Below are positions 40,429 through 49,268 of a stretch of 64,000 nt of DNA, piece by piece. The stretch is taken from NCBI GenBank assembly GCA_040219255.1, contig JAVJSW010000065.1, positions 1 through 64,000 on the forward strand. The letters run 5' to 3'. The translations under genes were made by a program, and so were the position numbers. The DNA is from Sumerlaeia bacterium. GTDB taxonomy: Bacteria; Sumerlaeota; Sumerlaeia; SLMS01; JAHLLQ01. How positions within the stretch are numbered: position 1 is the stretch's first letter; the number at the start of each line of letters is the position of its first letter. The notes below the pieces were generated by a model. That model was not told where the DNA came from. It saw only the letters and a program-made list of their open reading frames with translations, and ran no database searches.

Positions 40429-41879
40429 CCGTTACCTCCGCCGACATTTCAGAAATTGTAGCAGACGCGCTTGTCGTTTGTCCCCTCAACGGGTCACTCG
40501 GGGACAAAAAAGACAAGATACACGTAACAGACAAAACAGACAAGATGCACAAGACAGACATCGGCCCCCACGCGGGAGCTTTCGCCAAGGCGGTGCGGGC
40601 GGGGACGACGGGGCGCGAGTGGTTCTGCACGCTGGCGCCGGATTCGGGGGCACGGACGACGCATTTGCTGCTGGAAGCGGCGGAATTCGACGCGCCGCTG
40701 ACGGGGCTGGCGGCGTTGCGGGCGATGGCGGCGCGGTGCGTGGCAACGTGCCGGGCCTACGACCTGAGGCATCTGGCAGTGGCGGCGGCGGGCGAAGGGG
40801 CGGAGCTGCTGGTGCGTGGTTTCGTGGAGGGGGCGCTGCATGGCGATTGGGTGGACGAGCGGTTCGTGGTGGGCGAAGGGCGTGGGGAGCTGAAGCTGAC
40901 GTTCTGCGTAGCGGCGGAGCGGGTGGCGGAGCTGGAGTCGCTGGCGGAGGCGTGCCGGACGACGATGGGTTCGGTGAACTTGGCACGGCAGATGGCGACT
41001 TCGCCGCCGTCGCTGGCTTCGCCGGGGGATCTGACGGAGCAGATGGGCGAGTTCGCGCGGCGCGAGGGACTCGAGATGACGGTTCTGGACGAGTCTTCGC
41101 TGCTGCGGGCGGGTCACCGTGGGGTGCTGTCGGCGGGGGCGCGGGAGACGCGGGTGGCGGTGCTCAAGTACCGGCCGGCGGAGAGGCGGCTGCACCCGGG
41201 GCTGGGCTTGGCGGCGATGGGGCGGTTGCAGGCGCCGGAGGCTGAGCAGCCGAACGAGTACGCGGCGGCGGCGGTGGCGTTTGGGGCGTTCCACGGGGCC
41301 GTGAAGAGGCGGTTGCCGGTGCGGCTGACGCTGGCGGTGGGGTTTGCGCAGGGGCCGATGCAGGGCCAGGGTTGGATCCCGGGGGAAGTACTGGTGGACG
41401 CGAGGGGCCGGCGGGTGGAGTTGGGCGCGGCGGACCGGGCGGGGTTGCTGGGGCTGGCGGATTTGGCGGCGATGGCGGCGGAGGATGGCCCGGAGGTGGT
41501 GTTGGCGGTGGGAGGCACGACGCCTGGGGACGGCCTGGCGTACGGGGGGCATCTGGGGGCGATCGCGACGCGGAGCGAGGCGCTGGCGGAGCGTCTTCAA
41601 CGGGCGGCGGCGGAGGCGGAGGAGGCGGTTGGGAGGCTGCCGGTGCTGACGGAGGCTCAGTTTTCGACAAAGGGTGAGCGGCTGGAGTGGCGCTTGCCGG
41701 AGGTGAAGGGGCCTGGGGGGCAGCTGAGGGCGGCGGCGTTCCTGGACCGGTTCGCGGGGCCGGATGCGGAGGCGTTCGGCTGGCTGGACCTGAGCGGGGG
41801 GCAGGGCTCGGAGGGCTTTGGAGTGAGGCTGCTGGGGCGATCGATCGAGGCACTGGGCGAGTCGGAAAGGTTGTCCTGA
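40416..41879 (+). CDS. Degenerate M17 leucyl aminopeptidase-like protein (catalytic motifs lost)
   Basis: PepA-like layout (VNLARQMATSP, LKYRP, PGEV...GRRVE, AAAFL..F, WLDLSG, GFGVRLL) without KGITFD or NTDAEGR. Confidence 0.75.
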   Translation: MASLTVTSADISEIVADALVVCPLNGSLGDKKDKIHVTDKTDKMHKTDIGPHAGAFAKAVRAGTTGREWFCTLAPDSGARTTHLLLEAAEFDAPLTGLAALRAMAARCVATCRAYDLRHLAVAAAGEGAELLVRGFVEGALHGDWVDERFVVGEGRGELKLTFCVAAERVAELESLAEACRTTMGSVNLARQMATSPPSLASPGDLTEQMGEFARREGLEMTVLDESSLLRAGHRGVLSAGARETRVAVLKYRPAERRLHPGLGLAAMGRLQAPEAEQPNEYAAAAVAFGAFHGAVKRRLPVRLTLAVGFAQGPMQGQGWIPGEVLVDARGRRVELGAADRAGLLGLADLAAMAAEDGPEVVLAVGGTTPGDGLAYGGHLGAIATRSEALAERLQRAAAEAEEAVGRLPVLTEAQFSTKGERLEWRLPEVKGPGGQLRAAAFLDRFAGPDAEAFGWLDLSGGQGSEGFGVRLLGRSIEALGESERLS

Positions 41880-42002
41880 CGAGGGGCGGAGGCGGGGTCG
41901 AAATTCCGGGCGGACGGGGGCGGAGTTGCTCTTGCTTTGGTGGGGTGGGGCCCCTAGGGTATGACTCCTTTTGAGAACATTGAACTTTCACGAGCGAACC
42001 CC

Positions 42003-42935
42003 ATGACGGATACCAGCCTGAGCGCAACCACCCAGCCCAAACCGGGCGTGCCGACCGATGTGAAGTCGGAAGTCGTCTATATCGACGGCGAGTTTTTTGC
42101 CAAGGCGGACGCGAAGATCAGCGTGTTCGATCACGGCTTCCTGTATGGCGACGGGGTATTCGAGGGGATTCGGCTGTACGGCGGGAACGTGTTCCGGCTG
42201 AAGGAGCACCTGGAGCGGCTGTGGATGTCGGCCCAGGCAATCATGCTGGAAATCCCGATGACGCCGGCGGAAATGGCAGACATCGTGTGCGAGACCTGCC
42301 GGCGCAACGGGCTGGAGGATGGCTACATCCGGTTGGTGGTGTCGCGGGGGGCGGGGACGCTGGGGCTGGACCCGCGGAAGTGCCTGAACCCGAGCGTGAT
42401 CTGTATCGCGTCGACGATTCAGATCTATCCGAAGGAATTGTACGATCAGGGTCTGGCGATCATCACGGCGGCAACGCGGCGTATCGCGCCGGATACGTTC
42501 AGCGCGCGGGTGAAGAGCTTGAACTACCTGAACAACATCATGGCCAAGATCAACGCGAACAACGCGGGGGTCCTGGAGGCGCTGATGCTGAACAGCGAGG
42601 GGCACGTTGTGGAGGCTTCGGCGGACAATGTGTTCCTGGTGAAGAACGGGGTGCTGATCACGCCTCCGACGTTCATCGGTGCGTTGAAGGGCGTGACGCG
42701 CGACGCCGTGATGGAGATTGCCGAGGGCCTGGGCATCGAGGTGCGCGAGGAGCGGTTCGCGCTCTATGAGGTGTATACGGCGGACGAAATGTTCCTGACG
42801 GGGACGGCGGCCGAAGTCATCAGCGTGACGAAGGTGGACGGACGCGTGATCGGCGATGGCGCGCCGGGCCGGGTAACGAAGCGTATCCTGGAGAAGTTCC
42901 GCGCGATGACGACCACCGACGGGGTGCGGATCTGA
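42003..42935 (+). CDS. ilvE: Branched-chain amino acid aminotransferase
   Basis: DHGFLYGDGVFEGIR, KSLNYLN, EASADN, LKGVTR, GTAAEV. Confidence 0.95.
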   Translation: MTDTSLSATTQPKPGVPTDVKSEVVYIDGEFFAKADAKISVFDHGFLYGDGVFEGIRLYGGNVFRLKEHLERLWMSAQAIMLEIPMTPAEMADIVCETCRRNGLEDGYIRLVVSRGAGTLGLDPRKCLNPSVICIASTIQIYPKELYDQGLAIITAATRRIAPDTFSARVKSLNYLNNIMAKINANNAGVLEALMLNSEGHVVEASADNVFLVKNGVLITPPTFIGALKGVTRDAVMEIAEGLGIEVREERFALYEVYTADEMFLTGTAAEVISVTKVDGRVIGDGAPGRVTKRILEKFRAMTTTDGVRI

Positions 42936-43645
42936 GCGCCCTGGACGCGGATTCGGCGCGGGTCTGCGTGATCATTCCAGCCCTGAACGAAGAAGAAAGC
43001 ATCGGTCTGGTGCTGGGGGATTTGCCCTGGGACCGAATCGAGCGCGTTATTGTCGTGGATAACGGTTCGACGGACCGCACCGGCGAGGTGGCGGCCTCGG
43101 CTCATGAAAAGGTTCGCGTGGTGCGCGAGGAGCGGCGCGGGTACGGGCAGGCTTGCCTAACGGGGATCGCGAACCTTCCGGAGTGCGAGGTGGTGGCGTT
43201 TCTGGACGCGGACTACAGCGACCACCCGGAGGAGATCGACCGGGTGCTGGGGCCGATCCTGGCGAACGATGCGGATTTCGTGGTCGGGTCGCGGATGCGT
43301 GGCGAGTCGGAGGAGGGGGCGCTGCTGCCGCAGGCGCGGTTCGGCAATGCGCTGGCGTGTTTTCTGATGCGGGCGATCTGGCGTTACCGGTGGACGGATC
43401 TGGGGCCGTTCCGGGCGATCCGCCGCGATGGGCTGGAGCGTATCGGGATGACGGACACGAATTTTGGCTGGACCGTGGAGATGCAGATCAAGGCGGTACG
43501 GCGGGGCCTGCGATGCGCCGAGGTGCCGGTGAGTTATCGGCGGCGGGTGGGGGTCAGCAAAATCACGGGGACGATCAGCGGGACGTTCCGGGCCGGGTAC
43601 AAGATTCTGTACGTCATCGGAAAGTACGCGATTTCGGGTGACTGA
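42932..43645 (+). CDS. Glycosyltransferase family 2
   Basis: VIIPALNEE, VVDNGSTD, GYG, FLDAD, TDLGPFRAI. Start is either CTG 42932 or GTG 42968. Confidence 0.9.
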   Translation: MSALDADSARVCVIIPALNEEESIGLVLGDLPWDRIERVIVVDNGSTDRTGEVAASAHEKVRVVREERRGYGQACLTGIANLPECEVVAFLDADYSDHPEEIDRVLGPILANDADFVVGSRMRGESEEGALLPQARFGNALACFLMRAIWRYRWTDLGPFRAIRRDGLERIGMTDTNFGWTVEMQIKAVRRGLRCAEVPVSYRRRVGVSKITGTISGTFRAGYKILYVIGKYAISGD

Positions 43646-43674
43646 TGCGGGGATCTGTGCCTAGAATTGACGGC

Positions 43675-44886
43675 ATGATGCGCATTTACTTTAGTCTCTT
43701 CCTTTTGCTATTCTCTCTGGCTCTCCCCCGCCCTGGCGGGGCGCAATCTTGGCTGATGAATGGCCAACCGGCGACGGAGCGGGCCAGGAACGTGATCCTG
43801 ATCATCGCCGACGGGATGTCGCAGACGCATGTGGATTACGCGGCCTATACGATGTTCGGCAGTCAATCGATGACGGGCAACGCGCCGCCGAGGCTGGCGT
43901 TCGAGGAGTTTGGCAGCAACGGGTTGCTGACGACGTATTGCCTGAATTCGTTTGTGAGCGAGTCGGCGAGTTGCGGCACGGCGATGGCCACGGGGCGTAA
44001 GACGAATCTGTGGCATGTGGGGGTGGGGCCGGATTGGGAGCCGATGGACACGATCGCGGAAATTGCCGACCGCCGGGGCAAGGGGGTCGGCATCGTGACG
44101 AACATGGCGGTGAACCACGCGACACCGGCGACGTTCTATGCGAAGGTGATGCACCGGCGATTGGTGAACGAGATCTGGCAGCAGTTCTTCGAGGTGCCGT
44201 TTGTGGATGTGATTCTGGGCGGGGCTGTGTTGCAGCAATACCCCGGCGAGGAGATCCCGGATCACGAGCCGATTCCGGAGTCGGAAATCGTGGCGGCGGC
44301 GCGGGGGGCGGGCTACCTGTACTTTACGCTGGAGAACCTGGAAGAGCTGGATCCGGTGGCGATGAGCGGGCGGAAGGTCTTTGGCACGTTCGATGACACG
44401 CCGGACGACCATATGGTGTTCGCGACGTCGCGGACCTTGGAATCGCGCGAACCGGAATTGGCGGAATTATCGGTGATGGCGCTGGATTTGTTGAGGGCGC
44501 ATGAGGAGGGGTTTTTCCTGATGATCGAGGCGGGGACCATTGACCTGACTGGACATCGGACGGATCCGGAGATTTTGCTGGGGGAAATGAAGACGCTGCA
44601 CGAAACGGTGCTGGCGGTGAGGAAGTGGCTGGAGGAGACGGGCCGGGCTGAGGAGACGCTGGTGATTGTGTGCGCGGACCACGATTGCGGCGGTCCGGCA
44701 ATGGTGGGGCCGATTTTCCGGAATCTGGAACCGGGGCAGACGCCGGAGATCCGGTACGCCGTGGATAACCACACGGCGGTATCCGTTCCCATTTGGGCGA
44801 CGGGGCCGGGGGCCTGGCGAGTGCGGGGCAAGAACGACAATACACATGTGTTCACGGTCATGCTGAACGCCTTTGGCTTCTACTAG
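43675..44886 (+). CDS. Alkaline phosphatase (PhoA-like)
   Basis: Signal peptide, IADGM, SESASCGTAMATG, HATPA, MIEAGTID..GH, ADH. Confidence 0.9.
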   Translation: MMRIYFSLFLLLFSLALPRPGGAQSWLMNGQPATERARNVILIIADGMSQTHVDYAAYTMFGSQSMTGNAPPRLAFEEFGSNGLLTTYCLNSFVSESASCGTAMATGRKTNLWHVGVGPDWEPMDTIAEIADRRGKGVGIVTNMAVNHATPATFYAKVMHRRLVNEIWQQFFEVPFVDVILGGAVLQQYPGEEIPDHEPIPESEIVAAARGAGYLYFTLENLEELDPVAMSGRKVFGTFDDTPDDHMVFATSRTLESREPELAELSVMALDLLRAHEEGFFLMIEAGTIDLTGHRTDPEILLGEMKTLHETVLAVRKWLEETGRAEETLVIVCADHDCGGPAMVGPIFRNLEPGQTPEIRYAVDNHTAVSVPIWATGPGAWRVRGKNDNTHVFTVMLNAFGFY

Positions 44887-44947
44887 GGCAGCTTTGGCAT
44901 CAATGGCGCGTGGCGAAGGAGGAGCCGTTTGGGAGCGGCCCGACGCC

Positions 44948-45694
44948 ATGCAACGTCCAACTTTTCTGAAGCCCTCGCTGTCCATTTTCAAGTTCGCGCT
45001 GAAGGCGCTGTTCTCGCCGACTTACGCGGTGGCGAGGGTGCTGAAGCACCTGACGGCGCGGAGAATCCGCCGGACGCCTTCGGTGAAGAAGTTCTTGCGT
45101 TATCGTTCGGCGAAAGCGAATTTGATGGAGTGGATGGATACGGGCTATTTGATTCTGAGCCTGATATTGTGTATGAGTTTCTTGGTGGTGGACTTTTTCA
45201 TTGGAGAGTCGCCGATCCGCAATTGGAATCGAAGCCTTGGATATTGGCCGATGTTGATCGCGAGCTATCTGTATTTCCAATCGCGCAATAACGAGATCCT
45301 CTTGGCGTTTGTCTCGGACGCGGTGGACAAGGTGCGTATTCCGCACGGTTCCAGCGCGTTGAGACCGTCACAGCGAGTGGCGATGGCGCTGCGGAGTTAC
45401 GGAGAGGCCATCATCAATGCGGCGGCGGTGTTCTATTTTATGCCGCGCGATTGGTTTGGCTCGAACCCGGAGAATCAGATCAAGGATTTTGCCGAGGCCC
45501 TTTATTATAGTGCGGTCACGGTAACGGCGGTGGGCTATGGCAGTATTTCTCCGCAGCACTTTATCGCCCAATGGTTGTCGGTTCTGGAAGTTTTCACCGG
45601 GTTCGGTTTGTTGTTTGTGGCCTTTACGATTTATACGAGCCTGGAGGAAAATCCGATGAAGCCGTTCAATTCCGAGTCTCAGAAATCTTCTTGA
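44948..45694 (+). CDS. Potassium-channel-like membrane protein (Ion_trans_2)
   Basis: TM helices with a pore helix and filter ALYYSAVTVTAVGYGSISP. Confidence 0.75.
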   Translation: MQRPTFLKPSLSIFKFALKALFSPTYAVARVLKHLTARRIRRTPSVKKFLRYRSAKANLMEWMDTGYLILSLILCMSFLVVDFFIGESPIRNWNRSLGYWPMLIASYLYFQSRNNEILLAFVSDAVDKVRIPHGSSALRPSQRVAMALRSYGEAIINAAAVFYFMPRDWFGSNPENQIKDFAEALYYSAVTVTAVGYGSISPQHFIAQWLSVLEVFTGFGLLFVAFTIYTSLEENPMKPFNSESQKSS

Positions 45695-48383
45695 GTTCGG
45701 CGAGGACGGCGAGGGCTTCGAGGGGCGTGAGGCGGTTGGGATCGACGAGTTTGAGGCGCTCGACCGCCGGATTGGGCGGCGCGGTGTCGAACAGGGAGAG
45801 TTGGCGATCGGACCAGGGATCGGCTTTGGGCAGGATCGAGGCCTTCTTCTTGGCCGTCATGGCTTTCGCTTCGGATTCTTCGCCGACTTCGCCGACGCGT
45901 GGGGCGACGGCCTCGCCGGCTTCGAGGCGGCCCAGGATTTCCCAGGCGCGATGGACCACGGGCGCGGGAACCCCAGCGAATTCAGCGGCATGGATACCGT
46001 AGGACTCGTCCGCCGGGCCGGGGATGAGTTTGTAGAGGAAGACGATTCGTTGTTTCTCCTCGAGCACGGCGACGTGGAAGTTACGCAGGCGAGGCATGGC
46101 GGCTTCGAGGGCGGTGAGTTCGTGATAGTGGGTCGCGAAAAGCGTTTTGGCGCGCTGGCCGGGCGTGTTGTAGAGGTACTCGCAGACCGCCCAGGCGATG
46201 GAAAGGCCATCGTAGGTGGAGGTGCCGCGGCCGATTTCGTCGAGGATGACGAGGCTTCGGCTGGTGGCGTTGCGCAAAATATTGGCGGTTTCGGTCATCT
46301 CGACGAGGAAGGTGCTTTGGCCGCGGACGAGGGCATCGTGGGCGCCGACGCGCGTGAAGATGCGATCGACGAGCGCGATGTTGGCCGAGCGCGCGGGGAC
46401 GAAGCTGCCCATGTGGGCCATCAGGGTAAGGAGGGCTGCCTGCCTGATATAGGTGGACTTACCCGCCATGTTGGGGCCGGTAATGAGGGCAACTTGGCAA
46501 TCATCGGGGCTGAGCATTACATCGTTGGCGACAAACGGCGGGTCGGTCTGGATTGCCTCCAGGACGGGGTGGCGGCCGTCGAGAATCTCGATGAGTCCGT
46601 CGTCGTTGATCTGGGGACGGACATAGCGGCCGGAGATGGCAGTTTCAGCGAGGGAGCGGAGGCAATCGATCTGGGCGACGATTTCGGCGTCTCGGAGAAC
46701 ATCGACGGCGCGGTCGGCCACGCGGCGCCGCAGTTCATCGAAGAGCTGGGCCTCGAGGGCGGCGATGCGGTCCTCGGCGTGGAGGATGATGTCTTCCTTT
46801 TCTTTCAGTTCCTGGGTGATGAAGCGCTCGCCGTTGGCGATGGTTTGCTTGCGGATGTAGCCCTCGGGCGGTTCGCCGCCGATGGCGCGGAGCTGGGCTT
46901 TTGTGAGTTCGATGTAGTAGCCGAAGACTTTGTTGAAGCCGACCTTGAGCTTTTCGGCGCCGACGCGCTGGGCCTCGCGGGCGCGGAATTGGGCGATCCA
47001 GTCCTTGCTGTTGCGGGCGGTGAATTTAATTTCGTCGAGGTCGGGCGAGAAGCCTTCGCGGATGACTTGGCCGCCGGAGAGGGTGGTGGGCGGTTCCTCG
47101 ACGAGGGCCTCGGCCAGCGTATCCGCGAGGTCGTCGAGCGGATCGATGCGGCTGCTGAGGTCTTTGAGAAGGTTGGACTTGGAGGAAGCGAGGGCTTGCT
47201 TGAGGGCGGGCAGGCGGCGAAGGCCTTCGCGGAGGGTGCCGAGGTCGCGGGGGCCGGCGTTGCCGATGCTGGCTCGGCCGACGATGCGCTCAAGGTCGCG
47301 GACGCCACGCAGGGCTTCGCCGACGACGGTGCGCAGGTTGAGGTGATCGACAAAATCGCCGACGGCTTCCAGGCGGGACTCGATATCCGATTGATTACAC
47401 AGGGGTTGCAGCAACCAGGCGCGCATCATGCGGCCGCCCATGGGCGTCTGGGTGCGATCGATTACGGAGAGGAGGGTGCCCTCGCGGCTTTCGTGCTGGA
47501 GGCCGCGGACGAGTTCGAGGCTGCGCTGGGTGACGGCGTCGAGGACCATCGAGCCCTGAGCGAAATGCACCCGCAGGTCGGCGATGTGGGCGATGGCGGA
47601 GCGTTGGGTTTGCTTCAGATAGCGCAGCAGCGCGCCAGCCGCGGCGATCCCGGCGGTGAGGTCCTCGGCGCCGTAGCCTTCGAGGCTTTGCACGCGGAAG
47701 TGATCGAGGAGAAGCTGGCGGGCCGGCTCGGGCCGGAAGTCGTCGCGCGGACGATTGGAAACGGTGAGGTTGCGTTCGAGGAAAAGAGGTTCCAGGAAGG
47801 GAGCTTCGGCGTCGTCGGGCAGGAGGATTTCCTTCGCCTCGAGGCGCTCCAGTTCGTTGAGAAGGCGGCCCTGGGCATCGTCGGCCGACGTTTCCGAGAG
47901 GGCGAAAAAGCCGGTCGAAACATCGGCCACGGCGACGCCCCAAACGGGAGTGGATGACCCCTTGGCTTTGATGGGGCAGAGGGCGACGAGGTAGTTGTTG
48001 GCTTTGTCTTCGAGAAGGGCTTCGTCCGTTGCGGTGCCTGGAGTTACGACGCGCATGACCTCGCGCCGGACGAGGCCCTTGGCCTGCTTCGGGTCCTCGG
48101 TCTGCTCGGCGACGGCGACGCGTTTGCCGGCGCGGACGAGTTTGGCGATGTAGCCCTCGGCCGCGTGATACGGCACGCCGGCCATCGCCACATCGCCGTC
48201 CTTGCCCATGCCCTTGCGGGTGACGATAATGTTCAGCAGGCGCCCGGCTTCTTCGGCGTCTTCGGCGTAGGTTTCGTAAAAATCCCCGCAGCGAAAGAAC
48301 AGAATCGCATCCGGATACTCACGCTTCAACCCCGCGTACTGGCGCATCATGGGCGTGGAGAAAGCGTCGAGAGAGGCGGTCAT
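45666..48383 (-). CDS. mutS: DNA mismatch repair protein MutS
   Basis: TPMMRQY, GDFYE, TGPNMAGKST, STFLVEM, DEIGRGTST, FATHYHEL. Confidence 0.97.
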   Translation of the reverse strand: MTASLDAFSTPMMRQYAGLKREYPDAILFFRCGDFYETYAEDAEEAGRLLNIIVTRKGMGKDGDVAMAGVPYHAAEGYIAKLVRAGKRVAVAEQTEDPKQAKGLVRREVMRVVTPGTATDEALLEDKANNYLVALCPIKAKGSSTPVWGVAVADVSTGFFALSETSADDAQGRLLNELERLEAKEILLPDDAEAPFLEPLFLERNLTVSNRPRDDFRPEPARQLLLDHFRVQSLEGYGAEDLTAGIAAAGALLRYLKQTQRSAIAHIADLRVHFAQGSMVLDAVTQRSLELVRGLQHESREGTLLSVIDRTQTPMGGRMMRAWLLQPLCNQSDIESRLEAVGDFVDHLNLRTVVGEALRGVRDLERIVGRASIGNAGPRDLGTLREGLRRLPALKQALASSKSNLLKDLSSRIDPLDDLADTLAEALVEEPPTTLSGGQVIREGFSPDLDEIKFTARNSKDWIAQFRAREAQRVGAEKLKVGFNKVFGYYIELTKAQLRAIGGEPPEGYIRKQTIANGERFITQELKEKEDIILHAEDRIAALEAQLFDELRRRVADRAVDVLRDAEIVAQIDCLRSLAETAISGRYVRPQINDDGLIEILDGRHPVLEAIQTDPPFVANDVMLSPDDCQVALITGPNMAGKSTYIRQAALLTLMAHMGSFVPARSANIALVDRIFTRVGAHDALVRGQSTFLVEMTETANILRNATSRSLVILDEIGRGTSTYDGLSIAWAVCEYLYNTPGQRAKTLFATHYHELTALEAAMPRLRNFHVAVLEEKQRIVFLYKLIPGPADESYGIHAAEFAGVPAPVVHRAWEILGRLEAGEAVAPRVGEVGEESEAKAMTAKKKASILPKADPWSDRQLSLFDTAPPNPAVERLKLVDPNRLTPLEALAVLAELKKISETRN

Positions 48384-48497
48384 GGGAGAGGGAATGGGGT
48401 TGGGGGCGGGAGGTGGTCAAGGGGGGAGTTGAAGACGAGAGCAAGGGAACGTACCAATGCATCACGATAGAGGCATAATTCGAAACGTTGAACAACT

Positions 48498-49262
48498 TTA
48501 TATTACAGTATAATTTTCCGGTATATCCTCGCATTGTTCGCCGACCTTTCCTGGAAACAATGCTTCAATACTCGCCTTCGTCTTGTTGCTGGAATGGCGG
48601 ATTTCAAATTTCGTCAGGCTCTTGCTTTGGGAAAGCGTAGTGAAAGCGTTAAGGCTCAACCCCCTACACATAACACATAAGACTGTGTGGAGATTCGGGG
48701 CTTTGGCCAATCCCTCCAGCGAAGTCAAATCCTTCAACGACTCGAGGTCCACGCGGCGTAAACGAGTGAGGCCGGAGCAGTCAGGAAACGAGGAGACACC
48801 ACTTACGGAGGAAACTTCAAGATACTGCAATTGAGACAGCCCGCTTATAAATTCCAAATTTTGCAGTTTCTTCAGGTCAACAAGCAAGAGTGCCTTTAAC
48901 CTAGACAGTTTTCCGATACTTTGAACATTCTTCGGTACGGAGGAGAACAAGTACAGTATTTCTAGACAGGTGATATCCTTCAGAGGGTCCAGTGTCTCTA
49001 TCTTCGTAGAAGTTAGCGACAAGTCTTCGAGTTGACTAAGCCCTGATATTCCCTCGAAATTCTTCGGGGTACCGATCAGTTGTAAATTCTTGACAAATGC
49101 CATCGCTTCCCACGGCACGTGGGCAAATGCAACGTCGTCCATGTCAAGAGCAAGACTTGTTTCTCCTCGATCCCTAAGCTCTTCACAGAAGCTGACGAAG
49201 CCCTCATCCGATACCCCGGACGGGTGAGTTGGCATTTGCTTGTAATCGCCGTATTCAATCAT
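48498..49262 (-). CDS. Leucine-rich-repeat protein, putative immunity protein
   Basis: Repeated LxxLxxLxL units, low GC, starts 6 bp after the RHS stop with GGAGG overlapping that stop. Confidence 0.8.
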   Translation of the reverse strand: MIEYGDYKQMPTHPSGVSDEGFVSFCEELRDRGETSLALDMDDVAFAHVPWEAMAFVKNLQLIGTPKNFEGISGLSQLEDLSLTSTKIETLDPLKDITCLEILYLFSSVPKNVQSIGKLSRLKALLLVDLKKLQNLEFISGLSQLQYLEVSSVSGVSSFPDCSGLTRLRRVDLESLKDLTSLEGLAKAPNLHTVLCVMCRGLSLNAFTTLSQSKSLTKFEIRHSSNKTKASIEALFPGKVGEQCEDIPENYTVI

Positions 49263-49268
49263 ATGCAG

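Noticed and set aside
45801-47957. 718-aa plus-strand ORF, and similar long ORFs opposite the kinase, msbA-like and nucleoside kinase genes
   Set aside because: Antisense shadows of well-supported genes.
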